A stretch of 64,000 nucleotides of DNA from Candidatus Heimdallarchaeum endolithica (GTDB lineage Archaea; Asgardarchaeota; Heimdallarchaeia; Heimdallarchaeales; Heimdallarchaeaceae), in assembly GCA_021513715.1 (NCBI GenBank), contig CP084167.1, forward strand, positions 2,656,001 to 2,720,000. The letters are read 5' to 3'. Of this stretch, positions 1 to 9,914 are shown one piece after another. The number at the start of each line of letters is the position of its first letter. The first letter of the stretch is position 1. A model generated the notes under the pieces. The model was not told the origin of the DNA, searched no databases, and saw nothing but the letters and a program-made list of their open reading frames with translations. Both the position numbers and the translations under genes were made by a program.

Positions 1-506
1 ATTTGCACAGCAAGACAATTTTTCAACATCTTTATCAAGAGCTAATATTGCCAATTTTATTGCTTCAACCTGCACTAGATAGGGAAAAAACTCTGTTGAA
101 ATATCTATTAAAGATACTCCATATTTTTTTCCGAAACTAATAATTAATGAGGCTGTTTGAATAATTTCTCCTGCATTAAAACCAATAATATGCGCACCGA
201 TTAAGTAATCTGTTTCCTTATCTGCTACTAGTTTTACAAATCCTTGAGTATTAAAAGAAGTAAGCGCTTGTGGAACATATTTCATAGGTAAAAGGCTAGT
301 TTTTACTTTGTATCTATGTTTTCAAATGTTGCTCTTATTGTTTCATCATTAATGATTTTTGAAGTAATAATTTCGGCTTTACCTTCTTCCCATTTGGAAA
401 CATAAACGTTATTTATACCTTTCAATTTAGATAAAGCCTTTTTTATATGTAATTCGCAAGATTTACAAGACATTCCTTGTATTTCTAATTTGATTTTTTC
501 TTCCAT
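1..506 (-). pseudogene. merA: Mercuric reductase remnant: N-terminal HMA (NmerA) domain joined directly to the C-terminal dimerisation domain; FAD/NADPH core missing; runs off the window edge
   Basis: 303-506 encodes an HMA domain (GMSCKSC). Manual translation of 1-312 (minus) gives YKVKTSLLPMKYVPQALTSFNTQGFVKLVADKETDYLIGAHIIGFNAGEIIQTA...FPYLVQVEAIKLAILALDKDVEKLSCCAN, the MerA C-terminus with the vicinal Cys pair. Confidence 0.8.
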
Positions 507-635
507 TTAATTCGATTGTACAGAGGATTCTTTGTTAATAATAGCAATGGTTTAAATTTTTATGTTTGAGAAGGAGTTGTTTTTTATTTCAGATGAATTA
601 GAAACGTTTATATCATAATAATCCAAATTTAGCTT

Positions 636-1562
636 ATGAATAGTGAAGAAATTCGAGAAATTACTCCTGAAGATATTGACGAAGGAAGAGAACAAAGTGT
701 TAGAGAAAAAAGAAAAAGAGAAAAAAATCAGAGTAGAATTGAAACTGAAGAAGACAAAGAAGCACAAAAATTAATCGAAGAAAAAAAACTTAGAAAAACT
801 GTTTACAAGAAAATCATCGTCGATTTAAGGGGAACAAAATTTCATACTGATGAATGGGGAATAAAACTTGACCAACAAAGGCAATCTAAATCAAGACAAT
901 GGACAAAAGATATGGATACAATTGGTGACGTTAAAATTAACAACAAAGCTTGGGGAAAATTGGGTATAAGAGAAGAAAAATGGAAAAAAGTTGATCCACT
1001 TAAAAAACGTTTTGTGATGAAACTCTTTACTAATAGTTTTTACTGGAGGGGAACAATAGAGTTTCTTCAAGGAGAAAGTGTATTATTATCCTATGTCACA
1101 AATGAAAACTGCCCAGTATACATGTGTAACATCAGTACTAGTTTAAATTTGGTACGTATTAGGCGTCTTCCTCATAAGCCTAGGTTTAGAGGAGAAGTAT
1201 TCGGTTTTGAACTTGTAGATGATAATGGTATACATAATGTATTTATGATTGATGATAAAAGGTTTACACTAGGTTCTGATTGGTATGTTAAAGATGTTCA
1301 CAAGAATATTGTGGCCATTATCAATGGAAAATTCTTCAATGTAGGTGGACGATACGATATTGAAATATATGACAAAAAACTTGCCTCAAATAAAGAATTC
1401 TTCTCTACATTGATTCTATTTGCTTCTACATTACGTTGGCATAAAGACATAAAAAAACTCCTGAAGAAAGTAATGTACGAAATAAGGAGAAAGAATCAAA
1501 CCTTAAAGTTACAAGAAAGTGAAGCAGATTTATACCTTAATCCTCGGAAAATGAACTATTAA
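636..1562 (+). CDS. Hypothetical protein with LURP-one/Tubby C-terminal (scramblase-like) barrel features
   Basis: 308 aa ORF; charged N-terminus, then DDKRFTLGSDWYVKD..IVAIINGKFFNVGGRYDIEIYD followed by a hydrophobic helix, the pattern of LURP-one/Tubby-C proteins. Confidence 0.5.
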   Translation: MNSEEIREITPEDIDEGREQSVREKRKREKNQSRIETEEDKEAQKLIEEKKLRKTVYKKIIVDLRGTKFHTDEWGIKLDQQRQSKSRQWTKDMDTIGDVKINNKAWGKLGIREEKWKKVDPLKKRFVMKLFTNSFYWRGTIEFLQGESVLLSYVTNENCPVYMCNISTSLNLVRIRRLPHKPRFRGEVFGFELVDDNGIHNVFMIDDKRFTLGSDWYVKDVHKNIVAIINGKFFNVGGRYDIEIYDKKLASNKEFFSTLILFASTLRWHKDIKKLLKKVMYEIRRKNQTLKLQESEADLYLNPRKMNY

Positions 1563-1573
1563 TATAATCTTTA

Positions 1574-2681
1574 TTATATTATTTTTTTAAGCTCTTTTTC
1601 TAATTCAGGAAGGGTATATTGAACATTTCCTTGAACAAAATATTGTATTTTGTTCATATTAGATGTAGAAGTATAGTTAAATAAGACACGGGTAGTTTTT
1701 CTATTTTCAAAGAAAAGATATGAAGCAGGGTAAACCTCTAGACTTGTTCCTACTGCAATAAGCAGATCGCACTGTCTAGAAGTCTCAAAGGCAGCAGTAT
1801 AAACTTCTTGAGGTAGAAATTCCCCAAAGAGAATAACTTTTGGTTTTAATGGGTTGTTACATTTAGGACATTGAGGAAAAGGTTTCTCGCTAAGATGCTT
1901 TTTTTCATCAACTACTTCTTCATATTGGCACCAAAGACAATGTAACTTACTTGTTGTACCATCAACTTAATTTTTGTACAATATTTTTGTACGCCAATCT
2001 TGCTCTCGGAAAGATCTGTCTAGGAGGGAGATCTAAACACTCATTGAGCCAGAGGAGAAGGTTGAGCACTCTTCCACCGTGGAAACTGGATGAATAAATC
2101 CTCTCACACGGGAAAGTTAAGTCGTATTCAACTTTTCTTTGATTTCTTTCTTTATGCGAATGTTTTTTTTTATCCTGACACGCCGTGCCAGCTTAGAGAG
2201 TAAGTATTTTTCTTAACATCTATCTTTTTTTTTCACTCTCTACATTAATAATGTCTTTTCACTATTTAAACACCAATTTTTTAATTTGACAAAAATGTAC
2301 AAAAAAGCTCTTCATGAATCTCAAAAACATTTTTTGTGTTTGCTTTCTGATGTAAGGCATCTATATTTTGTGTGGCTACAAAAACCTTCTCTTCTCCTAA
2401 CATTTTTGTATGTTTGATATTGCATAATGAGCTTCGTTTGGTTCTGCAGATTTAATAATGGAAAAAGCTTCTAAAAAAAATTCCCAAACCCTTTCCGGAT
2501 TCTTTCTAAAAGCACTTATAGTGCCATATTTATTAGGGTCAAATTTTTGCCATATTCCATTCGGCGAACGAAAATCTGGAATCCCGCTAGGTGTACTAAT
2601 ACCTGCGCCAGTAAAGAAAAGAATCTTTTCAGCATTTTTTGCTAATGTAGCTATATTGCTAATTTCACTTTTACTATTCAT
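1574..2681 (-). pseudogene. cobB: Sir2/CobB NAD-dependent deacylase, interrupted by a mini element and a -1 frameshift
   Basis: GAGISTPSGIPDFR in 2397-2681. Adding one A at the run 2403-2407 continues as MLGEEKVFVATQNIDALHQKAN..EIH. After the insert it resumes GTTSKLHCLWC..CPKC..LKPKVILFGE..VGTSLEVYPA to TAA at 1574. Confidence 0.9.
1960..2316 (-). mobile_element. Non-autonomous ~350-bp mini element (MITE-like) related to the tnpB element at 32067-33555; retains the predicted omega-RNA
   Basis: Splits the sir2 EIH|G codons at CATG. Minus-strand ends CATG-AAGAGCT-TTTTTGTACA and TGTACAAAAA-TTAAGTT-GATG. 1960-2116 aligns by eye with 33392-33555. Confidence 0.88.
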
Positions 2682-2788
2682 TAAATTACATTTAATTCTT
2701 GAGGTAAAAAATATTCTTGCTCTACCTTCTAACTAAATATTCTGAGGTAAAAAACAATATAATAATCTCTTTTTCTATATATTTCAAT

Positions 2789-3049
2789 CTATTTTTTTGT
2801 AGGGGCTGTAAGTAGTTTCTTATAGAGTTTTCTGTCTAATAATTCTCCTCCGACACTTAAGTAGTTTGAAATGAGCTTATCGCTTGTTTTTCTACTTATA
2901 CATGCTTCTTCTGTAAACTTTTTGGATAAAAACTTTGTAACATGTCTTTTTCTTCTATCCATTGATCTGAAATACCAGAATAATTTGATTTTGACAATAA
3001 TAAAGAAAAAAAAAGCCAAAGGTGCATCTAATATTACTCTTAGCTTCAT
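2789..3049 (-). CDS. Small hypothetical membrane-anchored protein
   Basis: 86 aa ORF abutting 3050-3382; one N-terminal hydrophobic helix. Confidence 0.5.
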   Translation of the reverse strand: MKLRVILDAPLAFFFFIIVKIKLFWYFRSMDRRKRHVTKFLSKKFTEEACISRKTSDKLISNYLSVGGELLDRKLYKKLLTAPTKK

Positions 3050-3382
3050 TTATTCACCTTTGCCATTCTTTAGGAAAGCAATCATTTTGTTCAAATTTCC
3101 TGAGAATTCTAAAACTATTTTTTCTACAGTTTCTTTGGAAATTCCTTCATTTAGTAGTTTTTGATAAACTCTTATTACTGCATCAGCATAATTTTCTGCT
3201 ACATCTACATTGTATATTGAACCTAATAACTGTTCTACTATTGTTCCTATTTCACCTGAAAGAACTTTCAAGAACTCTTTTGTTTGGGTTTTGTCGTCAA
3301 TGCTTTTTTTTTCTTTATCTAGCGCATAATCATTGATATGATTCTTTCCATTCGTCGAAGAGTTTCGTTCTTTCGCCATCAA
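3050..3382 (-). CDS. Hypothetical helical protein
   Basis: 110 aa ORF with typical composition, first gene of a two-gene unit. Confidence 0.6.
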   Translation of the reverse strand: MMAKERNSSTNGKNHINDYALDKEKKSIDDKTQTKEFLKVLSGEIGTIVEQLLGSIYNVDVAENYADAVIRVYQKLLNEGISKETVEKIVLEFSGNLNKMIAFLKNGKGE

Positions 3383-3580
3383 ATCACACTCTACGATTAC
3401 ATCGAGTTTTCATTTAAAACCTTTTCCTAAGTCCTTTATCTCTGTAAAAACATTGTTCAACAAATAAAGTCTAATAAAATCATATGATTCTTCAATTAAA
3501 ACAATCAATTTTTAAATGAACTTTTTGAGACTCAGAAAAGTATAAAATAGAAAGAAATAGAAGAAAAATCAATTTTACAT

Positions 3581-4252
3581 TTACTGAGCTTCTTGTGGAA
3601 CAACTTGTTTTTCAGATTTAGATAATTGTATTGTTCCATAAATAAAGCGTTGGATAACTGTTATTACACATAATCCTGTTAATATCATGTATCCAATATA
3701 GAAGTAAGTCCCATGAGAAAATTCACCTATTGTGAAGAATGGGTTGTCCTTAAAGCTTGGGATAAACAAGGAAATTACCATCAGAAAGAACAAAAATAGT
3801 AATCTTTCACTTCTTTCCATTAAGCCTACAGCCATTTTTTCTATACCAATACTTTCTCCTTTTGCACGAATATAGCTTATAAGTAAGGTGGAGGTAACCA
3901 TTATTATTCCTGTTACTAGATCTACATGAATACTAAGTGCAACCCCTCCAAAGATAGCTAAATCGCTTATTCTATCAACAATACTATCCAGAAAACCACC
4001 TTTTCTAGTTGCAAGTCCCCTATATCTGGCCACTCCTCCATCCAAAAAGTCCATAGCTGCGCCAACCATTAGCAAAATTACAGCAGTAAGAAAATTGTCT
4101 AAATAAATGAACACCCCTGCAGCAATAGACAATAATACTCCTAAATAAGTGAAGACATTAGGGTGAATCCCTAGTTTTCCAAAAAAGACAACAATTGGCA
4201 TTAGTATTTTAGTGACAGGTTCTCGTATTTGACTTGATACCATAATCTTCAT
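3581..4252 (-). CDS. pgsA: CDP-alcohol phosphatidyltransferase (archaetidylinositol-phosphate synthase-like)
   Basis: Signature DFLDGGVARYRG...GGFLDSIVDRISD; PN..T motif; SYIRAKGE. Confidence 0.9.
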   Translation of the reverse strand: MKIMVSSQIREPVTKILMPIVVFFGKLGIHPNVFTYLGVLLSIAAGVFIYLDNFLTAVILLMVGAAMDFLDGGVARYRGLATRKGGFLDSIVDRISDLAIFGGVALSIHVDLVTGIIMVTSTLLISYIRAKGESIGIEKMAVGLMERSERLLFLFFLMVISLFIPSFKDNPFFTIGEFSHGTYFYIGYMILTGLCVITVIQRFIYGTIQLSKSEKQVVPQEAQ

Positions 4253-4380
4253 ATTTCGTTAGGGAGAGTGTCAATTTAAACTTATCGCAATAATACATCA
4301 TCCTTTTTTTTTCTCTCTGTAATACACAATATTACATAACTACTAATATCTGCCGACAAAAAATATGTTCGGGGAAAAAG

Positions 4381-4746
4381 ATGAGAGAAGAGTTAACCGA
4401 TTCAGAAATTAGTAATTTTTTACAGAGATATGGAAAAGTCCGTCCCTTATTGTTGCCTAAGCAGAAACTTAGTAGTAGTATTTTACCTTATGAGGTAGAA
4501 AATGAAAATCAAAAATTTGCAGTTTTTGTGTATAATTGGAAAAAAAGTATAGGTACGGATGTGCTTATTAGACTAGAAGACAAAGTTTCTGATTTGGAAA
4601 AAAAATATGATGGAATCATAGTTATCGGAAAGAAATTTAGCGTAAATGCACGAGATATTGTGAATGATATAAACAGGAGAGGAAAAAAACCTTTAATCTT
4701 GATTAAACGTTCAGAAATATCTATGATTTTGGAATCAGTAAGATAA
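4381..4746 (+). CDS. Mrr-cat/restriction-endonuclease-like fold protein, catalytic residues apparently degenerate
   Basis: AVFVYNWKKSIGTDVLIRL...GIIVIGKKFSVNA follows the Mrr_cat pattern but lacks the (E/Q)xK motif. Confidence 0.5.
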   Translation: MREELTDSEISNFLQRYGKVRPLLLPKQKLSSSILPYEVENENQKFAVFVYNWKKSIGTDVLIRLEDKVSDLEKKYDGIIVIGKKFSVNARDIVNDINRRGKKPLILIKRSEISMILESVR

Positions 4747-4786
4747 AAAAAAAACAAGTATTTTCTAAAAAAGAAAGAAAGGCCTA

Positions 4787-5077
4787 TTATTGCCTTTTTC
4801 TGAGTTCTAATTTATCTTTGTCTCCTTTTTCCTCTTTTTCGTCTGAAGAATACTTTGTCTGAGTATATACTGATTTTTGTACAATGAGCATTATTCCTAA
4901 TCCTAAAACTCCTAGTGAAATAAAGAATAAAATGTCTATAGATGTTGCTTGAGAAATAATAAGTAGAACAACACCCAATAGTGCAATTGAATAAGATACT
5001 ATGTTATAAATCAAATTTTTCCTTTTCTTCTTTTCTTGTTCCTCTGAAATATTATTCTGTTCTTTAGACTTCATCAA
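4787..5077 (-). CDS. Small two-helix membrane protein
   Basis: 96 aa ORF with two hydrophobic segments. Confidence 0.65.
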   Translation of the reverse strand: MMKSKEQNNISEEQEKKKRKNLIYNIVSYSIALLGVVLLIISQATSIDILFFISLGVLGLGIMLIVQKSVYTQTKYSSDEKEEKGDKDKLELRKRQ

Positions 5078-5215
5078 CTTTTACCATTATTCTAATTTTA
5101 AAAGTATTTCTTAATATATTCAAAAATAAAAATTTAATAAGATTCAGTTTCTAAGTTGGTTTATGTTTGTTTTTTAAGAAAAATATAATTGATAAATATA
5201 AGAAAAAAAATGTAT

Positions 5216-5599
5216 CTATCCAAAATCATAAACCCAGTTCGTTTCAGGAATGTAAAGCATGTTTAAGATAAGTGTCCACACAGCTATAGTAACAATAAAG
5301 AACTGAAAGATTGCAGAAGTATAAAACGATCTGGCTTTAAGTCCAGTATTTTTATTTCTATAGATTAAAAACCAAACTGATGATAGTAACAGAAATACTC
5401 CAAGTAATGTAAGTCCTGCTGGCCAGTTTCTAAAATTAGTTACACCGAAAATTATTCCAGTAACTATCCCTACTAACACTTTAGAATAGTACATTTTGTT
5501 CGTTAAAGGCATTTCTTTAATTTTTTCTAACCAGTTGACGGGATTCAAATTATTTTTAACTTTATCCTTAATTTTGTTCATATCAATATTCAAACTCAT
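5216..5599 (-). CDS. EMC6/Rab5-interacting-like three-TM membrane protein
   Basis: YYSKVLVGIVTGIIFG...FYTSAIFQFFIVTIAVWTLILNM resembles the EMC6 TM1 GxxxG pattern and C-terminal F..F...WT motif. Confidence 0.55.
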   Translation of the reverse strand: MSLNIDMNKIKDKVKNNLNPVNWLEKIKEMPLTNKMYYSKVLVGIVTGIIFGVTNFRNWPAGLTLLGVFLLLSSVWFLIYRNKNTGLKARSFYTSAIFQFFIVTIAVWTLILNMLYIPETNWVYDFG

Positions 5600-5615
5600 T
5601 CACCCAGGTGTTAAT

Positions 5616-7631
5616 ATGAAATCATCATTAACTTCATTAGATATTAATTGTCTTGTTGAGGAACTGAGGCCCGAAATTATCGGTAGTTGGCTCAATAACG
5701 TCTATAACATTGGAGAGAAATTACTTATTTTAAAGTTTCGAAAGTCAAGCAAAATTAATTTTGAGCTAGTTATTGAGTTGGGGAAGAGGTTTCATATAAC
5801 AAAATATGCTAGAAGTAAACCTCCTGCACCTAACAACAAAGTAGCAATGATGCGAAAACACATAAAAGGACTGCCAGTTGATGACTTTTATCAAGTAGGT
5901 TTAGATAGAATTGTAGTATTTGAAATAGCTTACAAAGATTCGCACTATAAGCTAGTAATTGAGCTATTTGGAGAAGGAAATTATATTTTGGTTGATCCCA
6001 ATAATAGAATACTTCTTGCACAAACACATAGGAAAATGAGAGATAGAGATATTCATCCAGGAAAAGAGTTTCTCTTACCCCCTCAAAGAGAAAAGGATAT
6101 CACTTCACTTACTAAAGAAGATATATTAGAAGCTATTTCTAGTGAAGAGGAAAAGATTATTCCCATCCTCAATAAACTTCTAGGATTAGGACCAAAATAT
6201 TCAAAGAATATTCTGGAGAAAGCAGAAATTAATAGCACAACTACAACAAAGTTAAGTTCTAATGAAAAAGAGGCCCTTATAAGAGAAATACTAGAATTGA
6301 AGAAAATAATAGAAGAAAAGAGATATTCGCCCGTTGAATATTTTGATGGTGAAGAAGTAGTTGATATATCGCCTATTCCATTAGTGAAATATAACGATTT
6401 AGAAGAGAAAAAATTGGATTCATTCAATGATGCGCTCGATGACTTTTTTACAGAAAATGAAGAAACACCAGAATTCGAAAAAACTGAAGGAAAGATAAGA
6501 ACCACTCAATCAAAACATGAAAAAATTCTACAAAATCAAATTGAGCATAAGAAAAAACTCGAATTACAAGAAGAGCTAGAAAAGAAAAAAGGAGATTTGT
6601 TATATTCTCACTTTGCACTAGTGGATGAATTGCTAAATACCATTATTAATGCGAGGAAAAACAATATTCCTTGGTCCGAGATAGAGAAAAAAATGGAAGA
6701 AGCTAAAAATAAGAAAATTCCTGCAGCGTTAATCTTACATAAAATTAACCCAAAAACAAAGGAAGTATGGGTGAATTTAGAAGATCTGGAAACTGGAGAA
6801 AAAGAGATTATTGTTCTAGATTTTACTCTCTCTGTGGCTGATAATGCTAATAAGTTTTATGAAAAAAGTAAAAAAGCAAGGAGAAAAATACCAGGAGCTA
6901 TTCAAGCAATAGAACGAACAAAACAACAGATTGAAAAAATGAAAGAAAAAGGAGAGCAACTTCTTACTGAAAAAGAAACTAGAAAAAAGGTTGAAAAACG
7001 ACCAAAACGATGGTACGAGAAGTTTCACTGGTTTTTATGTGATGGTACTGTAGTCGTTGGAGGAAAAGATGCTAAATCCAACGAAAGATTACTAAAAACT
7101 TATCTAGACGATGATGACCTTTTTTTCCATGCAGATGTGCATGGAGCCCCTTATGTAATAGCAAAGGAAGGTAAAAAGAAACTCTCTGATGAATGCGTTA
7201 AAGAAATAGCCTCCTTTGCTTTATCGTTCTCAAGTTTGTGGAAGGCAAAAAAACTAGTGGGCGATGTATATTACGTAGATCCTGAACAAGTGAGCTTAAG
7301 TGCTCCTTCTGGACAATACTTGGCAAAAGGGAGTGTAATGATATATGGAGAAAAGAATTATGTTAAGAATGTAGAAATCAATCATGTTTTGGGATTAATC
7401 ATTCATGAAAATTACGCTCAAGTAATTGGAGGACCTATGAAAAGTGTTGAAAATAAAACGAACTTAATAATAAGATTAAAACCTGGTGAAATAAGTAAAG
7501 GAAAGATAGCAAAAATAATAAAACAGAAGTTTATTAAGATGTGCCCAGAAGAAGATAAATACAAAATTGAAGCTCTTGATATTAATGAAGTAATGGACTT
7601 CATTCCTGGAGATTCAGAGATAATAGAATAA
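5616..7631 (+). CDS. rqcH: Ribosome quality-control protein RqcH/NEMF (archaeal Rqc2)
   Basis: NFACT-N (SLDI, GLDRIV, ELFG), coiled coils, NFACT-R (WYEKFHWF, FFHADVHGAP), SAPSGQYL. Start moved to ATG 5616 behind a GGTG RBS. Confidence 0.92.
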   Translation: MKSSLTSLDINCLVEELRPEIIGSWLNNVYNIGEKLLILKFRKSSKINFELVIELGKRFHITKYARSKPPAPNNKVAMMRKHIKGLPVDDFYQVGLDRIVVFEIAYKDSHYKLVIELFGEGNYILVDPNNRILLAQTHRKMRDRDIHPGKEFLLPPQREKDITSLTKEDILEAISSEEEKIIPILNKLLGLGPKYSKNILEKAEINSTTTTKLSSNEKEALIREILELKKIIEEKRYSPVEYFDGEEVVDISPIPLVKYNDLEEKKLDSFNDALDDFFTENEETPEFEKTEGKIRTTQSKHEKILQNQIEHKKKLELQEELEKKKGDLLYSHFALVDELLNTIINARKNNIPWSEIEKKMEEAKNKKIPAALILHKINPKTKEVWVNLEDLETGEKEIIVLDFTLSVADNANKFYEKSKKARRKIPGAIQAIERTKQQIEKMKEKGEQLLTEKETRKKVEKRPKRWYEKFHWFLCDGTVVVGGKDAKSNERLLKTYLDDDDLFFHADVHGAPYVIAKEGKKKLSDECVKEIASFALSFSSLWKAKKLVGDVYYVDPEQVSLSAPSGQYLAKGSVMIYGEKNYVKNVEINHVLGLIIHENYAQVIGGPMKSVENKTNLIIRLKPGEISKGKIAKIIKQKFIKMCPEEDKYKIEALDINEVMDFIPGDSEIIE

Positions 7632-7853
7632 TAATTGTTTAGAACAGAAGACGTGTTAAGAAAATTAGATTAGAATATATCTATTTCCTATCAAATTTCA
7701 TCTCTTTTTTTGTAAAACTTTTTAGATTTAATTGAGATTTTATGTATTAAATCCAAAAACAAGTATAAAATATTGCTAAATATGTTTTAACTAAAAAACA
7801 GACAATATGTTGTAGATATTACATGAGATTAAAATTATTATTCGAATAATTAG

Positions 7854-9137
7854 TTGGTGAGTCCAATCACTCAAAAGAAGAAATGCCCTGTATGTGGATA
7901 TGTGACAAAAGATAATCGTTTAATGAATTGTCCTAATTGTGGTACAGAACTTATTCTAGACGTTGTTCTTCCAAACTTGAATGTTCAGGATTCTTTTTTT
8001 GATACTCAAATAAATGAGTTAAAGGAAGAGCAGTTAGGTCTCAGTGCAAGTAACAAAAAAATAGATCAACAAGCTTGGCAAATAATGGATCAAGAGGGAG
8101 GAATAACACAGTATCCTCTATTTGTGAAAAAAGAAGTAAATTTGTACCCAACAATCCAAATACCTAGAATTTCATTTAACTTTTTTAGACAATATAGAGT
8201 CGTCAACATAGTTTTGATTTCTATACTTTCATTGTTACAATCAGGTTCTTTTCTTTTTTTAATATCAAGTCTGCATGCTCTTTTGTATCAAATTAATTCA
8301 ACAAAGGTTGTTTCTGTTGTTCCATTATTAATAACTGGACTAGTTTTTTATTTTCTAGTTTCTTATTTACAATTGAGATTTATCCTATATCTAAAACAGA
8401 AAAACTTTCCAGAAAGGAAATTAAAGCAAAATTTTTCTTTTGTTAGTTTTGCCTTGATTAATGCTATTCAATTATTCTTTTCCATTATGGTGTTAGGAGT
8501 AGTTTTTATAATAATGAGGAATTCTGAAGTAAATATTGAAAGATCAATTGTTTCACAACTTATACTTGGATTGGGACTTTTAATATTAGCACCATTTTTA
8601 TTAGTCTTTAGAATAGCTAAAATGTTAAGTTTAATGAGAAAGACTGGTCTCTTTCAAAACATATATGATTCATTTCAATTTTCAAAATTCTCATTAAGGA
8701 GAGGGTATGGAATTCTCTTTTTAAGTATATTATTACCTACTTTCATAGTTACTCTTGCAATAGAATCTGTGACTAGATGTTTATCTTTTCTTTTCAGTAT
8801 ATCTGATCACACAGGAACGACCTTAAATGTAGTCATTAGTATATTTTTGCTTTTGTCAATATCTGTATTATTTACTATTTCAAATAGTGAAGACCTTGAT
8901 ATTTTATCTATTTATGAATCATTTCTATTTTCCTTTTCTGTTCCACCTATAATAACTTGGATAAATAAGGAAGCTAAAATGGAAAGTTTGAAAGAGGAAA
9001 AACCAGAGTTTGAAGATTTATTTAATCTAGACAATGTTGACGCTTTAACCGAAGTAAGATACTGCCCTGTCTGTTCCACTAAATTACCAGAAGATGTTGA
9101 TTATTGTGTAAATTGTGGTCATCCTTTGAGAGAATGA
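7854..9137 (+). CDS. Multi-pass membrane protein with N- and C-terminal zinc ribbons
   Basis: CPVC..CPNC at the start, CPVC..CVNC at the end, about 6 TM segments between. Confidence 0.7.
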   Translation: MVSPITQKKKCPVCGYVTKDNRLMNCPNCGTELILDVVLPNLNVQDSFFDTQINELKEEQLGLSASNKKIDQQAWQIMDQEGGITQYPLFVKKEVNLYPTIQIPRISFNFFRQYRVVNIVLISILSLLQSGSFLFLISSLHALLYQINSTKVVSVVPLLITGLVFYFLVSYLQLRFILYLKQKNFPERKLKQNFSFVSFALINAIQLFFSIMVLGVVFIIMRNSEVNIERSIVSQLILGLGLLILAPFLLVFRIAKMLSLMRKTGLFQNIYDSFQFSKFSLRRGYGILFLSILLPTFIVTLAIESVTRCLSFLFSISDHTGTTLNVVISIFLLLSISVLFTISNSEDLDILSIYESFLFSFSVPPIITWINKEAKMESLKEEKPEFEDLFNLDNVDALTEVRYCPVCSTKLPEDVDYCVNCGHPLRE

Positions 9138-9166
9138 GAAAAGGATAGAATAAAATGAAATTCTCT

Positions 9167-9904
9167 TTACTTGACTTTTTGTACAAGCTGTTTTAGAATG
9201 GCTTGTATTGTTTCTATTTTTCCTTCTAGTTTCTCTACTTTTTTAACAAGTTTCTTGAATTCTTCCGCTGATACTGCTACTTCTCCAGAAGATGGTTCCA
9301 TCATCGATTCTTTTATATCTATAATTCCTGGTGTAAGGTCTTTTTTCTTTGTTATTTTGACGTTATTTGCTTCAAGGAGTGTATAAGCTAAGAAATCAAA
9401 CGTTTCTTGTATATTTTGTCCTGTTAATGCAGATGTTTCACTATAATAGAAGTTTATTCCAGTTTCTGTCATTAACCTTTGACAAAACTCTAAAGCCATT
9501 TTTTGTGATACTCTTCTGTTTTCTGAAGGAAGATCGATTTTGTTAGCTATTACAAAATAAACTAAGATACCAGAGTTTGATCCTTCAATACTTTCTTCCA
9601 GCCATGTTCGTAGATTAGTCATTGTTTGTTGATCCTGGATATCAAATACTAACAAAGCAGCTATAGCTCCTTTATAGAAAGTTGATCTAACTGCTGAATA
9701 ACTATCTTGTCCTGCAAGATCCCATATTTGAAAAGTGATTTCATTGTCTTCTAGTTTTACTTTTTTTGAAGCGAAGTCTGCTCCAATTGTTTTAAGATAA
9801 TCTCCAGAAAATCCTTTTCCCATGTATCTTTCTCTAATAGATGTTTTTCCTACTGCCCCATCTCCAGCCAACACAATTTTAAAATTCCATTTTTTTCCTG
9901 TCAA
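9167..9904 (-). CDS. Rab-like small GTPase with C-terminal coiled-coil extension
   Basis: G1 GDGAVGKT, G2 TIG, G3 WDLAGQ, G4 NKID, G5 ETSA; about 70 aa tail ending in a heptad repeat, no CAAX. Confidence 0.9.
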   Translation of the reverse strand: MTGKKWNFKIVLAGDGAVGKTSIRERYMGKGFSGDYLKTIGADFASKKVKLEDNEITFQIWDLAGQDSYSAVRSTFYKGAIAALLVFDIQDQQTMTNLRTWLEESIEGSNSGILVYFVIANKIDLPSENRRVSQKMALEFCQRLMTETGINFYYSETSALTGQNIQETFDFLAYTLLEANNVKITKKKDLTPGIIDIKESMMEPSSGEVAVSAEEFKKLVKKVEKLEGKIETIQAILKQLVQKVK

Positions 9905-9914
9905 GATTTCACCT

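Noticed and set aside
2295-2312. Similarity of element ends to lambda/Gateway att cores (GCTTTTTTGTACA)
   Set aside because: A short AT-rich match embedded in native elements; no vector sequence.
5496-5615. N-terminal extension of RqcH
   Set aside because: Overlaps the opposite-strand gene; family similarity and the RBS begin at ATG 5616.
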